Under the pieces are notes generated by a model. It had not been told where the DNA came from. It saw nothing but the letters and a program-made list of their open reading frames with translations, and made no database searches. From Nemertoderma westbladi (lineage: Eukaryota > Animalia > Xenacoelomorpha): DNA of 64,000 bases. The stretch is taken from the NCBI GenBank assembly GCA_032718475.1, contig JAUCBJ010008528.1, positions 71,322 through 135,321 on the forward strand, written 5' to 3'. Below, one piece after another: positions 26,850-39,233 of this stretch. Each line of letters begins with the position of its first letter. The stretch's first letter is position 1. Position numbers and translations under genes: made by a program.

Positions 26850-28913
26850 ATGGATGCCTGTGGGGTTGATTTGGATGATGCTGTGGTGCCTGACCTGGAG
26901 TATGGTGGTTCCAAGACTATTGGGAAAGCAGGGCGTTCTAGTCCTGGCATAAGTCAATCCGGGGACAATTTTAAATCGCTCAAAAACAAAGATAAAAACG
27001 CTGCAATACAGGGGAAACTAAAGAAAGATAAGATTAAAACAGTTGCATCAGATAACATGAAATCATCGAGAAAAAATATTTTACAGCAGATTGAAAAAAA
27101 TAAGGAAATATGCAGTAAGAATAATAAAAACAGTGATTTTGTTAGTGGTATCAATATGGAGAATCTTGTGAGAAATAAGTCATCGAAGAAATCCAAAAAA
27201 GGAAAAAGGACAGATATTGATTGTGGTGACAATATTCAAGGTGTCAGTGGTGATGAAAAGATACAGGATAAGTTATTTCTGGAAAGTCCAGAAATTCCGA
27301 TTGGAAAGAAACGCCAAAGGGCTATAAGTGATAAACCATTCAAGGATAAGCCTCTTGTATCTGAAGATAACCCACAACTAGCTAAAGTCTACGGTAATCC
27401 AGAGATTTCCCTTTGTGCTCCTGCAAAGGGATCACAAACAGATATGTCTTACGACTCCGCTTGTAATTGGGTTTTGTGTAACAACTGCGAAAAATGGCGC
27501 ATGTTAGGGGTTGATATTGACCCTTCATCGCTGCCAGATATTTGGCGTTGTGATATGATGCACATAAGCTGTGATGAGCCAGAAGTTTCATCGGTTAATG
27601 AGACCAAACCCATGCCAAAGTTCGTACCAGGTGACCTTGTTTGGGGGTTTGTCCCTGGCTATTGTTGGTGGCCAGCTATAGTTGAGATAGATCCGGACTT
27701 AGTGTCCTTTTACACTCCCAGGAATGTTAGTAAGAACGGTCCCAGTCATTACCATGTGGTTTTCTTTGGTCCGAAGGTCTCAAGGTCATGGCTTTCAGAT
27801 GAGAAGCTTAGGGAGTTTACTAAGTTTGCTAGCATCTCTCATATCAGACCTATAGTTCCTAAGGCGTGGGTTAAACAGGTTGAGGTTGCCTTAGATAATG
27901 CCAAGGAAGCAGAGAAATTGAGTAATTCTCAACGATTAGCTACTTTCGGGTTTCTTAAAAGGTACCGCGGTATAGATTACTATTGTGGTAAAAGGGAAAG
28001 TTATTCTTATCGCCACGAAATTGATGCTGGTACAGAAAATTGTGATGACAATGTCTCTGACGATGATAGCGATTCTTATTGTCCCGGAGATAATTCCGAT
28101 GACGATGATGTTGGTAAAGTTGGTTCAAGTAAGACAAAAAGCAATGACCCTCGTAAGAAAGAGAAACATGTGAAAGTCGATGCTGTTAAGTCTACTGATA
28201 ATTCGTTAAAGAGGTCTCACTCTGAAATAACGGCATCTTCATCTAAGTCGCTTAAAACCCAAAGCAGCAAAGGGAATAATTCAGTTGGTAGAGAGAAGTC
28301 CGCTAAATGTAAGAGTTCGGTCTTGGTTAAGGAAAGATCGAGTAACTTAGAGGTTGTTCCATCTTCTTCTAAAAAATCGTCGATGAAGAAAAGCCAGTTT
28401 ATTATTCCAAGTAAATCCGGAGATCTAAATGTCGCCGCTCCGAAGACCAAGAAGATTCTCAGGATCGAGAAGAGTGTTCGGGATTCTGGGAAGGTGTCGT
28501 CTGCACCGGAAGATGTGGAAGTTGACAAGGTTGATAAATCCATCAAACCCACGGTCGTTAAGAAACCCAAATTCGTTTCTTTCAAAGCCACACATAGCAG
28601 CGGTAAATACCAGCCATCCAATGGTGTCGCGGACACTTTGTCCGTATCCAAGGTTGCTGATGATGGCGTCGACAGAGATGTAGCTAAAGGATCACAAGGA
28701 CATGTTAGAAGATCCAGTGAAATCGACAGTGATGATGATAATAATGAAGGAGTCGCAATCGCGGAGAAACCCATGGAGTTTCATAATGAAGTGTCCAAGA
28801 AAGATGAGGAAGATTATTCGATGCCGAAAGTTGTCAACGTTGTCGGTTGCGTGTCGGACACTGATGATGATGATGCTGTTAGCGACGATTCCAATCCGTT
28901 TGAACTTATTTAA
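26850..28913 (+). CDS. ZCWPW1: Intronless zf-CW + PWWP histone-reader protein (687 aa), ZCWPW1-like, nested in the HDAC intron
   Basis: CW finger WVLCNNCEKWRML...IDPSSLPDIWRC...C. PWWP domain PGDLVW...GYCWWPAIVEIDPDL...PSHYHVVFFG..VSRSW. Downstream QRLATFGF helix. These recall ZCWPW1 rather than ZCWPW2. AATAAA at ~28996 and ~29072. Confidence 0.85.
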   Translation: MDACGVDLDDAVVPDLEYGGSKTIGKAGRSSPGISQSGDNFKSLKNKDKNAAIQGKLKKDKIKTVASDNMKSSRKNILQQIEKNKEICSKNNKNSDFVSGINMENLVRNKSSKKSKKGKRTDIDCGDNIQGVSGDEKIQDKLFLESPEIPIGKKRQRAISDKPFKDKPLVSEDNPQLAKVYGNPEISLCAPAKGSQTDMSYDSACNWVLCNNCEKWRMLGVDIDPSSLPDIWRCDMMHISCDEPEVSSVNETKPMPKFVPGDLVWGFVPGYCWWPAIVEIDPDLVSFYTPRNVSKNGPSHYHVVFFGPKVSRSWLSDEKLREFTKFASISHIRPIVPKAWVKQVEVALDNAKEAEKLSNSQRLATFGFLKRYRGIDYYCGKRESYSYRHEIDAGTENCDDNVSDDDSDSYCPGDNSDDDDVGKVGSSKTKSNDPRKKEKHVKVDAVKSTDNSLKRSHSEITASSSKSLKTQSSKGNNSVGREKSAKCKSSVLVKERSSNLEVVPSSSKKSSMKKSQFIIPSKSGDLNVAAPKTKKILRIEKSVRDSGKVSSAPEDVEVDKVDKSIKPTVVKKPKFVSFKATHSSGKYQPSNGVADTLSVSKVADDGVDRDVAKGSQGHVRRSSEIDSDDDNNEGVAIAEKPMEFHNEVSKKDEEDYSMPKVVNVVGCVSDTDDDDAVSDDSNPFELI

Positions 28914-29600
28914 TCGATTATTGTTGAAAATCTCAAACTTGTTATTAGTATTATGACTCGAACTCCGGATTATTTTTTCAGTCCTTTTCCTGTACAATAA
29001 AAGCAGTCGCTATATTATTATTATTATACACAAATTCTGTATTGTAAATGTTTTTTCTGAAATGTTAATTTAATAAAAAGTTTCAATGTATATAACATCT
29101 TCTCTGAACTTGAGTTTCTAATGTTCGCCTTTTACCGTAGACCAATTTAATTTTTAATTAATCTAATGTCGGTATTTATTATAATAATACAGTTGGTTTT
29201 ACGAGTTTGAATTTATTTAATTTATTTTTAATTTTTTAGCTTTATAAGTACAGTATAATACAGTAATTGTATTTATTTTTCGTATAATAGACATAAGTAA
29301 GGCATTATGTCTAACTTATTAAAATGCGAATAACAAATTGTTCATATTTCTTGTTGTTTGATGAATATGGAGTTGTGTTAAGTCCAGTTTTATAATAGTT
29401 ACATATTTTTAGATTTTTGAATTCACTTTAATGGGCTTCTTTGTAACATCGATTGGCAAATAAATATTAATTATCATTATCGATGTTATTAAAGAATTTG
29501 ATGTACATAAGATAGTAAGTAACATTGAACATAAATTCTTGTTGAGCATCCAATGTCCTTATTGTAATAATTGATAATATTTCAACCTGTCAGTTTCATG

Positions 29601-30092
29601 TAAGTAATATGGTCTTGTACAATGTTGTTATTGTCGTTATTTAAGTAATATGGTCTTGTACAATGTTGTTATTGTCGTTATTTAAGTAATATGGTCTTGT
29701 ACAATGTTGTTATTGTCGTTATTTAAGTAATATGGTCTTGTACAATGTTGTTATTGTCGTTATTTAAGTAATATGGTCTTGTACAATGTTGTTATTGTCG
29801 TTATTTAAGTAATATGGTCTTGTACAATGTTGTTATTGTCGTTATTTAAGTAATATGGTCTTGTACAATGTTGTTATTGTCGTTATTTAAGTAATATGGT
29901 CTTGTACAATGTTGTTATTGTCGTTATTTAAGTAATATGGTCTTGTACAATGTTGTTATTGTCGTTATTTAAGTAATATGGTCTTGTACAATGTTGTTAT
30001 TGTCGTTATTTAAGTAATATGGTCTTGTACAATGTTGTTATTGTCGTTATTTAAGTAATATGGTCTTGTACAATGTTGTTATTGTCGTTATT
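29601..30092. repeat. 41-bp minisatellite, 12 essentially perfect copies
   Basis: TAAGTAATATGGTCTTGTACAATGTTGTTATTGTCGTTATT repeated head-to-tail. Confidence 0.97.
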
Positions 30093-30318
30093 TTCGTTGG
30101 TTATTGTCGTTGTTTGTAATTTGTAGATAAGTATTTAAATGTTCAACAAAGTAAGTTCTGGATTCAATTGTGCTAATTTTGGTTTATAATATTAAGACAT
30201 ATTTGGTTTTGTAACCGGTTTCTTTATTTTTCAATATAATTCATTTATTGTTATAGGTAATTAAATAATAATTTTTTCATTGAGAGATAACCGTCAAATA
30301 TTTCACGTTTAGGAGTTT

Positions 30319-30416
30319 ATGTGGGGCGAGCCACGAAGTTGGCGGAGCCTTAGCGAATTGACACTGTTAGGGGGTGGGTCAATTTATGCAAATAGTTGTC
30401 GTCGTCGTCGTCGTCT

Positions 30417-30507
<91 letters not shown>

Positions 30508-32016
30508 TGTCGTCGTCGTCGTCGTTACGATTTTGACATGCTAATAACTTTGTCGGATTTAAAGCTGCCAAGTTGAAAATTTGTAGGTATCAATATGAGC
30601 AAAAGTTGAGATTTTTGAGAGACTTTCAGACACCATCAGTGCAATGGTCTCCCGCTAGAGGGCCACATGTCTAAACATTAAATGCCCTCCCATTTCTTTG
30701 CTTTTAATCCGTTTAAGCTGAAACTTGGCAGATATGTATTAGACCATTAGCTGTGACTTTCAAAGGAGGCGAATCCATCTGCAGTTCTCCAGTCTGCCGC
30801 TAGAGGGCCAAAGGTCTGAAAGTGAAATCGTTGTCGTCGTTACGATTTTGACATGCTAATAACTTTGTCGGATTTAAAGCTGCCAAGTTGAAAATTTGTA
30901 GGTATCAATATGTGCAAAAGTTGAGATTTTTGAGAGACTTTCAGACACCATCAGTGCAATGGTCTCCCGCTAGAGGGCCACATGTCTAAACATTAAATGC
31001 CCTCCCATTTCTTTGCTTTTAATCCGTTTAAGCTGAAACTTGGCAGATATGTATTAGACCATTAGCTGTGACTTTCAAAGGAGGCGAATCCATCTGCAGT
31101 TCTCCAGTCTGCCGCTAGAGGGCCAAAGGTCTGAAAGTGAAATCGTTGTCGTCGTTACGATTTTGACATGCTAATAACTTTGTCGGATTTAAAGCTGCCA
31201 AGTTGAAAATTTGTAGGTATCAATATGAGCTAAAGTTGAGATTTTTGAGAGACTTTCAGACACCATCAGAGCAATGGTCTCCCGCTAGAGGGCCACATGT
31301 CTAAACATTAAATGCCCTCCCATTTCTTTGCTTTTAATCCGTTTAAGCTGAAACTTGGCAGATATGTATTAGACCATTAGCTGTGACTTTCAAAGGAGGC
31401 GAATCCATCTGCAGTTCTCCAGTCTGCCGCTAGAGGGCCAAATGTCTGAAAGTGAAATCGTTGTCGTCGTTATGATATTGACATGCTTATAACTTTGTCG
31501 AATTTAAAGCTGCCAAGTTGAAAATTTGTTTTGTTGAAAATCAGTTCAACAGTCACCCGCTATAGGACTACTTTATGCCTGAAAGTGAATAGATTCTCCC
31601 GTCTCATTGATTTTAATCAGTTTAAGCTGAATCTTGCCATATATTCTGGACCACATGCTGCGTCTTTGTGGGGGGGGGGGGGGGGGGGGGGGGAGATTTA
31701 ATCGGTCTGCCGCTATACGACGAAATTTCTGAAAGTGAGATCCGTCTCTCATTTCGTTATCCGTTATTCAAGATGAAACTTGGCCGATGTACGTATGTAC
31801 TATTCATCCATAGGCTGTGTCTTTGTGGGGCTGGAGACCCTAATCCATCTTCAGTTCTCACTATACCGCTAGAGTCAGAAATGTCTGAAAAGAAATGAAA
31901 GAGGTAAAAAGTGATTAGGCGAAATCTGCTTAAAATTTGCTAATACAGTAATACTTTCGAATTAGTACTTTAATTAAATTTAAGTCACGTGCTGCGCGAA
32001 GGCCCCACTTCGTGTT
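30319..32016 (+). mobile_element. HINE/DINE-1-like element with a (GTC)n microsatellite and an internal 315-bp tandem array
   Basis: Subterminal inverted motifs GTGGGGC/GCCCCAC and CACGAAGT/ACTTCGTG, T-flanked ends, (GTC)n at ~30398-30524. 315-bp units start at 30525, 30840, 31155 and 31470 (last one degenerate). Confidence 0.65.
30652..31438 (+). promoter_or_regulatory. Six co-oriented CTCF-like motifs (core CCGCTAGAGGGC), three with an upstream CTGCAGTTCT module
   Basis: Cores at 30652, 30967, 31282. Extended sites CTGCAGTTCTCCAGTCTGCCGCTAGAGGGC at 30779, 31094, 31409. Similarity to the CTCF consensus judged by eye. Confidence 0.55.
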
Positions 32017-32194
32017 ACATTACATACAGCGTTAAAGTTTATGGAATTACTAACCGAAGCAATTAACAAAGCTAACGAGCGTATTTTTACTGTTTATTTT
32101 TTGGTTTCTGTTATCCACTTTGAGTAGGCGCTATACAGAGCACAATACAGTATTTCTTCAACATCAAAGTTATTAAGAGGTTAATATCATGGAC

Positions 32195-32455
32195 AGGGCC
32201 AGGGAGGGGGAAAACTTTCCGAAAATCCCATCTCGGCGAATTAATATCTCGTCACAATGTTATAATATATATATTAAAAGGAAGAACAGGTTACAGTGGC
32301 ACGTTATTTTAACCTAAACAATAAACTAAAGTAAATAGAACAGGTTATAGATTTATTTTTCGGAGTAATCAGCTGTTATTTTCGTCGATTTAAACCTGAA
32401 GAAGGATGAATTTTGTTTGCTCGAAAGTCCGCACCCCCCCCCCCCCCCCCCCAAG
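32195..32455. repeat. Dispersed repeat, second copy at ~35795-36070
   Basis: Shared blocks ATCTCGGC(G/A)AATT, GGAAG/GGAGCAGGTT.CAGTG.CAC.TTATT and TAGAACAGGTTA.AGATT, with G-run/C-run ends. Confidence 0.55.
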
Positions 32456-33094
32456 TCCTATCTGACTTTTGTACAAATTTTGGCTAACCTTTGTCAAGCA
32501 CTATATTTTAACATTATTTAACGATTGCTCGTGCTACTTTGAGTATCAAAGTATAAAACGTTTGGCCCTAAATATTAAAATCTCTTATTATCAATACACA
32601 GTTAATTTCATTACCGGACGCAGTGATACGTTTTATGCAGTTTGGCAGTTTCCTGAACCCATATAGTCTGGTAGATCGTGTTGACGGGAAAACCGTAGAG
32701 TGGATCATTATTATTTTACAGTCAGCTGATCTACTGTAGTCAGCTGATCTGTACTGTAGAGCTATGAAGTGTTTTATCTGTCCTCTTCAGTTATGATGTG
32801 CTACATAAACAATAAAAAAGTAGAATAAAAATTTTATCAACTGAGACCTAGACATTGCATGCAATCACTAATTAGCTGGTCGATAGAATTCACACCACAG
32901 CGTAAGGCATATATTAAGCCGCCAAGCCAAGAAGTAACATAATTAGCAACATATAGAGATACATCCCAAACAACGAAGAATTTAATAAAACTAAGAGAGA
33001 TACACAACAGCAACTAACCACTGGAAAGCCACCCCGCAAATTCGTCCTTTCAGCTGGGTGAGTACAAAACAAAGACTAAAGACCTGTACAAAAC

Positions 33095-33330
33095 ACATGT
33101 GTTAACTTTCGTTTATTGTTTCGCTTCCCAACACACCTCTGTAACCTGCTCCTTTACTAACCTGTTTCTTTAAATGGTAATGAGACCTATACAAAACAAA
33201 GAGGTAAAGTCGTGTTTGGTTCCAAAGAGCGTTAGGTCCCATTGCCATTTAAAGGAGCAGATCAGTAAAGGAGCAGGTTACAGAGGCGTGTTGGCGGAAC
33301 CAAAACAATAAACGAAAGTTAACATATGTT
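33095..33330. mobile_element. MITE-like hairpin with ~95-bp imperfect terminal inverted repeats
   Basis: TGTTAACTTTCGTTTATTGTTT...CCTCTGTAACCTGCTCCTTTACT mirrors AGTAAAGGAGCAGGTTACAGAGG...AAACAATAAACGAAAGTTAACA. Confidence 0.8.
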
Positions 33331-33800
33331 ACAAGATTAGCAGACAGCAGCAGCATATATTATACATATAGAACATCAGAATAGCAACGAACGGTGTAAT
33401 ATAAATACATCATCATAGTGTCCAGAAAACTTGTATATTGAGAAATCTTTCAAAAACTAATAAAATAAATAAATAGATATACTACATAGACATGATAAGG
33501 GTCAAATTAATAATGTAGAGGTCATTAAAAACTAATCCTAGATTAAATTAAATTGATAAATAGACATGATAAGGGTCAAAAAATTAAATTGATGTCAATA
33601 ACATGGAAAATTGATAAATAATATACTATAAATAAAGAAGTATGAATAAATAAATAGCTATATCTCGGCACTATAAACAAATAAATATGTAGTTAGAACT
33701 GTTAGGAGAACTATAAATTATTAAATAAGTTGGAATATTAGCTAAATGTTAATAGGTCTAAATACTATTAATACATAACATAAATAAATTATTAATATGG

Positions 33801-34570
33801 CTAAGGCATATTAGTATATAAAAGCGCTGAGTCTATACATGTGTTGCGAACATTGCTTTCGACTGCAAATGGCGTAAACTGATGCTTTTCTAGAAAGCAT
33901 GTAAGCTTTACTTCAATATTAGCAGCTTTGGCGGAACAATGGGAGGAAATATCTGACTTGAGGCGACCATGTGATGGTATGGTAGCTCCCAGATATATTA
34001 CCCTGTTGCTGTGTTTAAGCGTAAAGTTAGACAAAATTATATCATCCTTGACATCTTTCTTTGAAGGATTTATCAACTTATAACTCTATTTTTTCGCAAT
34101 TACATTTCTTTTATTTTCTTTAAAATAGGTAAGGGTGTGTATTTTTTAATAAATTTCTGTTAGTGCTCACCAAAGTATTTATCGTCCACATGTAACAAGC
34201 CGTAGTGTAAGGAAACTAAGATTTGGTCTGGGCAACACCGACCCATTAGCCATTGAAAGATTTCATTGAGGTAGATAATAAACAAGATCACGGCGGATGG
34301 TGCTCCTTGTCTGATCCCTGATAGCGAAATAACAGTATCGGAGAAGCTTTGGCCAGCACGAATTGCAAATGTGCAAGAGTGTTATGCACGAAGTGCACAA
34401 AATATTGTGGCACCAATTCCTAGTTTAATTCGTTTTTTGAGTAGTTGGAAACGTGAAACTTGATCAAATTCCTTTACGATGTCGAAGAAGACTACATACA
34501 TGCATATATGCAAAAAGGCGCAGCAGAAAAAGTTGATCAGCACAGCTTTTCCCTTTTTGAAAAGCTGATT
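33801..34570 (-). pseudogene. Degraded non-LTR retrotransposon reverse transcriptase fragment
   Basis: Minus-strand remnants: VVFFDIVKEFDQVSR, GIRQGAPSAVILFIIYLNE, HVDD and YLG, interrupted by stops and frameshifts. Confidence 0.7.
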
Positions 34571-34627
34571 GGATGGAGCGGGTGAATAAATACCCAGCTA
34601 ACAAACTAACCTTATTTTATTATCAAG

Positions 34628-34772
34628 GAAACCGGTTTGACTGCTCGTTGTCACAGATTAACATCCCGCAAGGCAACATTCGAAGAACTCCAATCCGTTC
34701 ATTCGGAATCCCACGTCTTGGTATATGGAGCCAACCCCACGCACAAATCCAAACTGGATCCAAACAAAATGG
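34628..34772 (+). CDS. HDAC4: Class IIa HDAC exon
   Basis: Acceptor ttattatcaag, donor G|gtgagt. ETGLTARCHRLTSRKATFEELQSVHSESHVLVYGANP matches HDAC4 ETGL...RKATLEELQTVHSE.H.LLYG.NP. Phases 0/1 fit the neighbouring exons. Confidence 0.95.
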
Positions 34773-35508
34773 GTGAGTTGTAGTTAATGTTTGTATTATT
34801 TATTGCCTACTGTTGTCCTAATTAATATTGGGACTGGAAATCCTGTTTAGGATCAACTACTGTATGCTCTCTCGGGACAAATACAATTCCCTGGTTCGTC
34901 ATTCCACGGGGTGGGTCTCGCAATATAGTAGATTTGGGGTTGGGGCTCATCACACACTCCCATTCCGATGCACATGACCCACCACTGGTTATGCAGCTCA
35001 TCTACTGGGCCATGCCCTGTACCCCTGCTGCCAGGTGTAGGTCGGAGTGAACTGCACTCAAATTGGACATGAGAATACTTTGCACCTGGCCAGCCTTTGG
35101 TAGATCACCATCTGCCTGGCCAGGCCATATAACACTGCAGCCAAGTACATGGGTCCTCAATCCAGGACCAAGGGCGTATCTATCCCAGAACGAAAGAGGT
35201 CCTAGTTCGAAACCAGTTTAGGCCCTTAGTAAGAGGGCCTAAACTTTTGGCACCTTCTTTATGCTGCATGGAGGTGGCAGGTTTTCTATATCAGTGACCC
35301 TGTATAACTGATCTAACTCAGGATCAACTAATTTATTTTCAAGATTATTATTTGCAAATTATCAACATTCTCTAAATTCTTCTTTGATGTACAATATTTT
35401 ATTTCATTATCAATATGGAACTATTGTTGTTTTCGAGTTCTTCCAATCGTTCGGATGTTGACAATATTAGAAGTTTTCCTTTGTCCATCTAGATCTTTTA
35501 TGTTGCAG

Positions 35509-35722
35509 CTACATTGCGAAGGAGCTCTTTTATTGTTCTGCCTTGCGGTGGTCTGGGGTTGGATACTGACACGGTTTGGAACGAGCAGCATTCCTCCACT
35601 GCTGCGCGGACTGCCGCTGGGTGCGTTACTGAGATTGCGACACGTGTCGCGAGTGGCCACCTCAGGAACGGGTTCGCTATAGTCCGTCCACCCGGACACC
35701 ATGCCGAGAGAAACCAGGCCAT
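35509..35722 (+). CDS. HDAC4: Class IIa HDAC exon with the catalytic His pair
   Basis: Acceptor tgttgcag, donor AT|gtgagt. Encodes [25 protein letters not shown]...[14 protein letters not shown]. Confidence 0.96.
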
Positions 35723-38138
35723 GTGAGTAGACAGACAAGCACTTTATTATACCACACCTCTTCATTTCATATATTTAACTAACTCGTTTGGGGAGCAGGA
35801 GGGAGGGGGGGGGGGGGGACTTGGCGCAAATTATCTCAAATTAATCAAATTATCTATCTCGGCAAATTTCATACCTCTCCTCGCACAATAAACACTGTTA
35901 ATTATAAATTTATGGAAAGGAGCAGGTTTCAGTGTCACATTATTCTAATCAAAACAATATAGGAACGAAGATAGAACAGGTTACAGATTAATTTTTAATC
36001 GTAATTAGTTGATATTTGCTTCCCCTGGAGAGGAATGCATTTTTATTTCGCCATGGAATTCCCCCTATCTGTTGCTAGAACTGGTATCTAGATATAGTTG
36101 TCAACAGTTTATCGTTGTAGGAATATGGCCAAAAATTAATTGCAAAATACTAGCCACGTCCAACTAGCAGCAAACTTTAAAATATGAAATACAATCTACC
36201 GGTGGAATTAGTAGGAACGCCAAATTCTGACTGACTGACTGACTGACTACTGCTACCACCTAGAGCAAAATGGCTCTAACGATATTGATGACATTTTGCA
36301 TGAACCATGAAAATAGATTTCTATGGGTACTAGTGAAATCACGGTTTCAATATAAACGTCTCAACATTTTTTATTTCAAAAAATAGCCCCAAAACACGAA
36401 AATTTCCATAGACTCAATGATAGAAACACCAGTGCTGGTGTGCTCATGAAAAAATGATCGTGGGGGGACTAGTAATGAATGCTATTGAATGGAATAGGCC
36501 CAAACTGCAGAGAAGTATTATGACTTGCCAAGTTTAGTAAGGTTGTGTTTACTCAGTCACTCTATCCCAGACAGTGTAATGTATTACCCCGACAGCTGAT
36601 AGCTGCGAATCATATGGGAATATCTGCAAAGTTACTCACTGTACTATGTTAGATGGAAGGCCAGCTGAATGAAGTTTAGTTAGACAGATTACTTTTTTTG
36701 TTTATGGTGACTATCGGGTACTCAGTGTACTGAAATGTACTATATTAATAATATATAATTGTTGTATTTAAAAACCTTTGAGGAAGTTAATGACTTAATC
36801 TTGGCAAACATTAAATACATGATTCAGTCAACCCAGAGTGAATTAGTTTTAATTAGCAGAACGGCTTCAGTGCCATTCTGCTGAATGAATTTGAGCAATT
36901 GTTTGGGTTAATTGGGGAATCTGGTAATTCAGGTAATTAAAATCTGATAACATCTGGATAAAAATCTCAGAGTCACTCAACCCTCACAAAGCTCACATAC
37001 AGTAGATACTTACTGTACATCCTTTGCATAATAAGACTTGACATTGCAAGATTTTTCCATACCCAGTATAATACCAGTATAATGCATTTTTAAAACAAAA
37101 GGAGATTACCTTCTCAATCAACACAGAGGGAATCTGTCTTATGTTACTACTACTACTACTATGTCTACTGCGCCTTTCAAAAAGTTGAATGAGTGGGACT
37201 AAGGGGAATTGTTAAATCGCGGTTTAAATCGAAACGTCTCAACAACTGAAACATCTTTTATTTACAAAATATGAATGATTCGTCATGTCACTTCTTTGAC
37301 ACGATTGTATTGAATTCATGAGAACAGCGCTGTTATTATTAATCTATTGACACCTCGACTCCTCTCCGTCTACTCTATCAGACAGAACAAAACAATCATT
37401 TCGCTAACAGATCTCTCTATCTGCTGTCATCACAACAGCTACATTATTATAATTAATTAGGATTAGATGATTACAACATAATAATGATGGTTTGAAGCTG
37501 TATATAAATTGCTCGTACGCCGGGCAACGCTCAGACTAATTTATCGTACAGAACAAAAAGCTTCACTTAACTCATTCTGTATAATCCTTTGAATGGTGGA
37601 ACAATTATTCCCTCATAAATTTAGCCTTGTGTTGTATATCCTTGTTTGTAATTGGAAAAGTTATTCTCCAACTCTTATCTCAAGTAACCAATGAAGTGTG
37701 CGAAGGCCCATGAAAATTTAATTTGTAAAATTTATAAACTATTGAATGACTTGACTACATATGTAAGTATGGTTTAATTTCAACAATGATGATCAATATG
37801 TTTTGCTTCAGTTTATATGATTGCTATCCTTGCTGACAGAATTATTTGTTATTACTAGAGGCACGCTAATAAGATCCCTGAGTGTTTTGGATATTGCGCG
37901 CATTAAAATTGTAGGAGATAACAATCAAACCCGCGACCTACAAAGCCCATGAATAAACCTACATAGAATGAGTGACAATGGCGAGTTGTGGGCGAGATAT
38001 TTTTTTAATGTTTACAAAATCGCGAACAAATCCATTCTAATCCTGACACGGCAAAGTTCTGTAGTTCATTAATCACGCTCATATGTACGCAAATTTTTAT
38101 AAATATTCCTGATTTGATATCTCTTATATTTTATACAG

Positions 38139-38346
38139 GGGGTTTTGCGTCTTTAACTCGGTTGCTATAGCAGCTAAACAACTACAAAGCCGCTTAGGGT
38201 ATTCCCGTGTGTTGATTGTTGATTGGGACGTTCACCATGGCAACGGCACACAACAGGTTTTCTACAACGACCCCAACGTTCTCTATATCTCCCTCCATCG
38301 CTACGATTGGAGTAATTTCTTTCCGGGCACGGGTTCTATCAACGAG
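38139..38346 (+). CDS. HDAC4: Class IIa HDAC exon with the Zn-binding DVHH motif
   Basis: Acceptor ttatacag, donor GAG|gttata. Encodes (M)[13 protein letters not shown]...[39 protein letters not shown]. Later exons are not in the window. Confidence 0.96.
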
Positions 38347-38531
38347 GTTATACGATACCTATTCTTACTATTGTATATACTGTAGGCATATTATCACAAT
38401 GTTGGTTAATAACTGTAAGTCATCATTCTACCCTCCCATTGCATTAGTCTCTCATAAGAGACTATCGTTGAAAGTTCAAGATAGGTGTTGCCCGAGAAAA
38501 TTTCAGAAAAGGTGCTTGATTTTTATATTAA

Positions 38532-39095
38532 CCCTTTGCGTACCAAAGATAAATTACACAAATTTTTCCTTCCAAGGACCAAAAAATATATTTGGTCGGA
38601 CCAAGGTTTATTTTCTTGTCGTATCAGATATTTATTTATAAAGAGAGAATAACCATATTATTACTTATCCTACCCTAAAAGGCAGGACACTGCCGCCTCT
38701 AACCATTTTCGAGAAATTTTTAAATCTTTCATTTGAACCCCATGGGCGGCACAATGCCGCCTTAATTTTTTGAAACAAAATTATTGGTAACATTGAAATT
38801 AATTTTCATAAATTATGTAATTTAAAATACCCTCAAACCAATAGGAATCAATTCAAGCAATTTAAAATATACTTTTCTAGACCAGTTTTTCCTGCCCAGC
38901 ACGAATTTGAACTCCATTTTTTCGTCCCAATAGTTATAAGACGTTTTAAATAAAGACGGCACTCTGCGGCCCTGGGGGTTAAGTTATAATTATATAAAGG
39001 CGGCACACTGTTGCCATTATGAGCATGGTCCTGAATTATTTAGAATGAAAAAGGCGGCTGTGTGCCGCCTTTTTTTAGTGTTGGTACGCAAAGGG
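38532..39095. mobile_element. piggyBac-type non-autonomous DNA transposon (564 bp)
   Basis: Perfect 15-bp TIRs CCCTTTGCGTACCAA / TTGGTACGCAAAGGG, TTAA on both sides (38528-38531, 39096-39099), internal GGCGGCACA.TGCCGCC palindromes. Confidence 0.9.
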
Positions 39096-39233
39096 TTAAA
39101 TCTCTGAAAGACCCAATATAGGATCCGCATTAATTATATATAATGTTCTAACATTTTGTTCTAGACGTCATTGAGTAGTTGCACCTGAGGTCTCATTTAC
39201 GCCACACTTATCCAGCAATAATACTCGAATTTA

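Noticed and set aside
30319-30576. Poly-Arg and poly-Asp ORFs
   Set aside because: Translation of the (GTC)n microsatellite.
36190-37260. (TGAC)n and (TAC)n microsatellite-bearing segments with a shared AAACGTCTCAAC block
   Set aside because: Probably further old HINE-like repeats, but the boundaries could not be defined reliably.
38216-38641. 141-aa ORF (also 34573-34776 and 35421-35765)
   Set aside because: Wrong-frame or antisense shadows of the HDAC exons.
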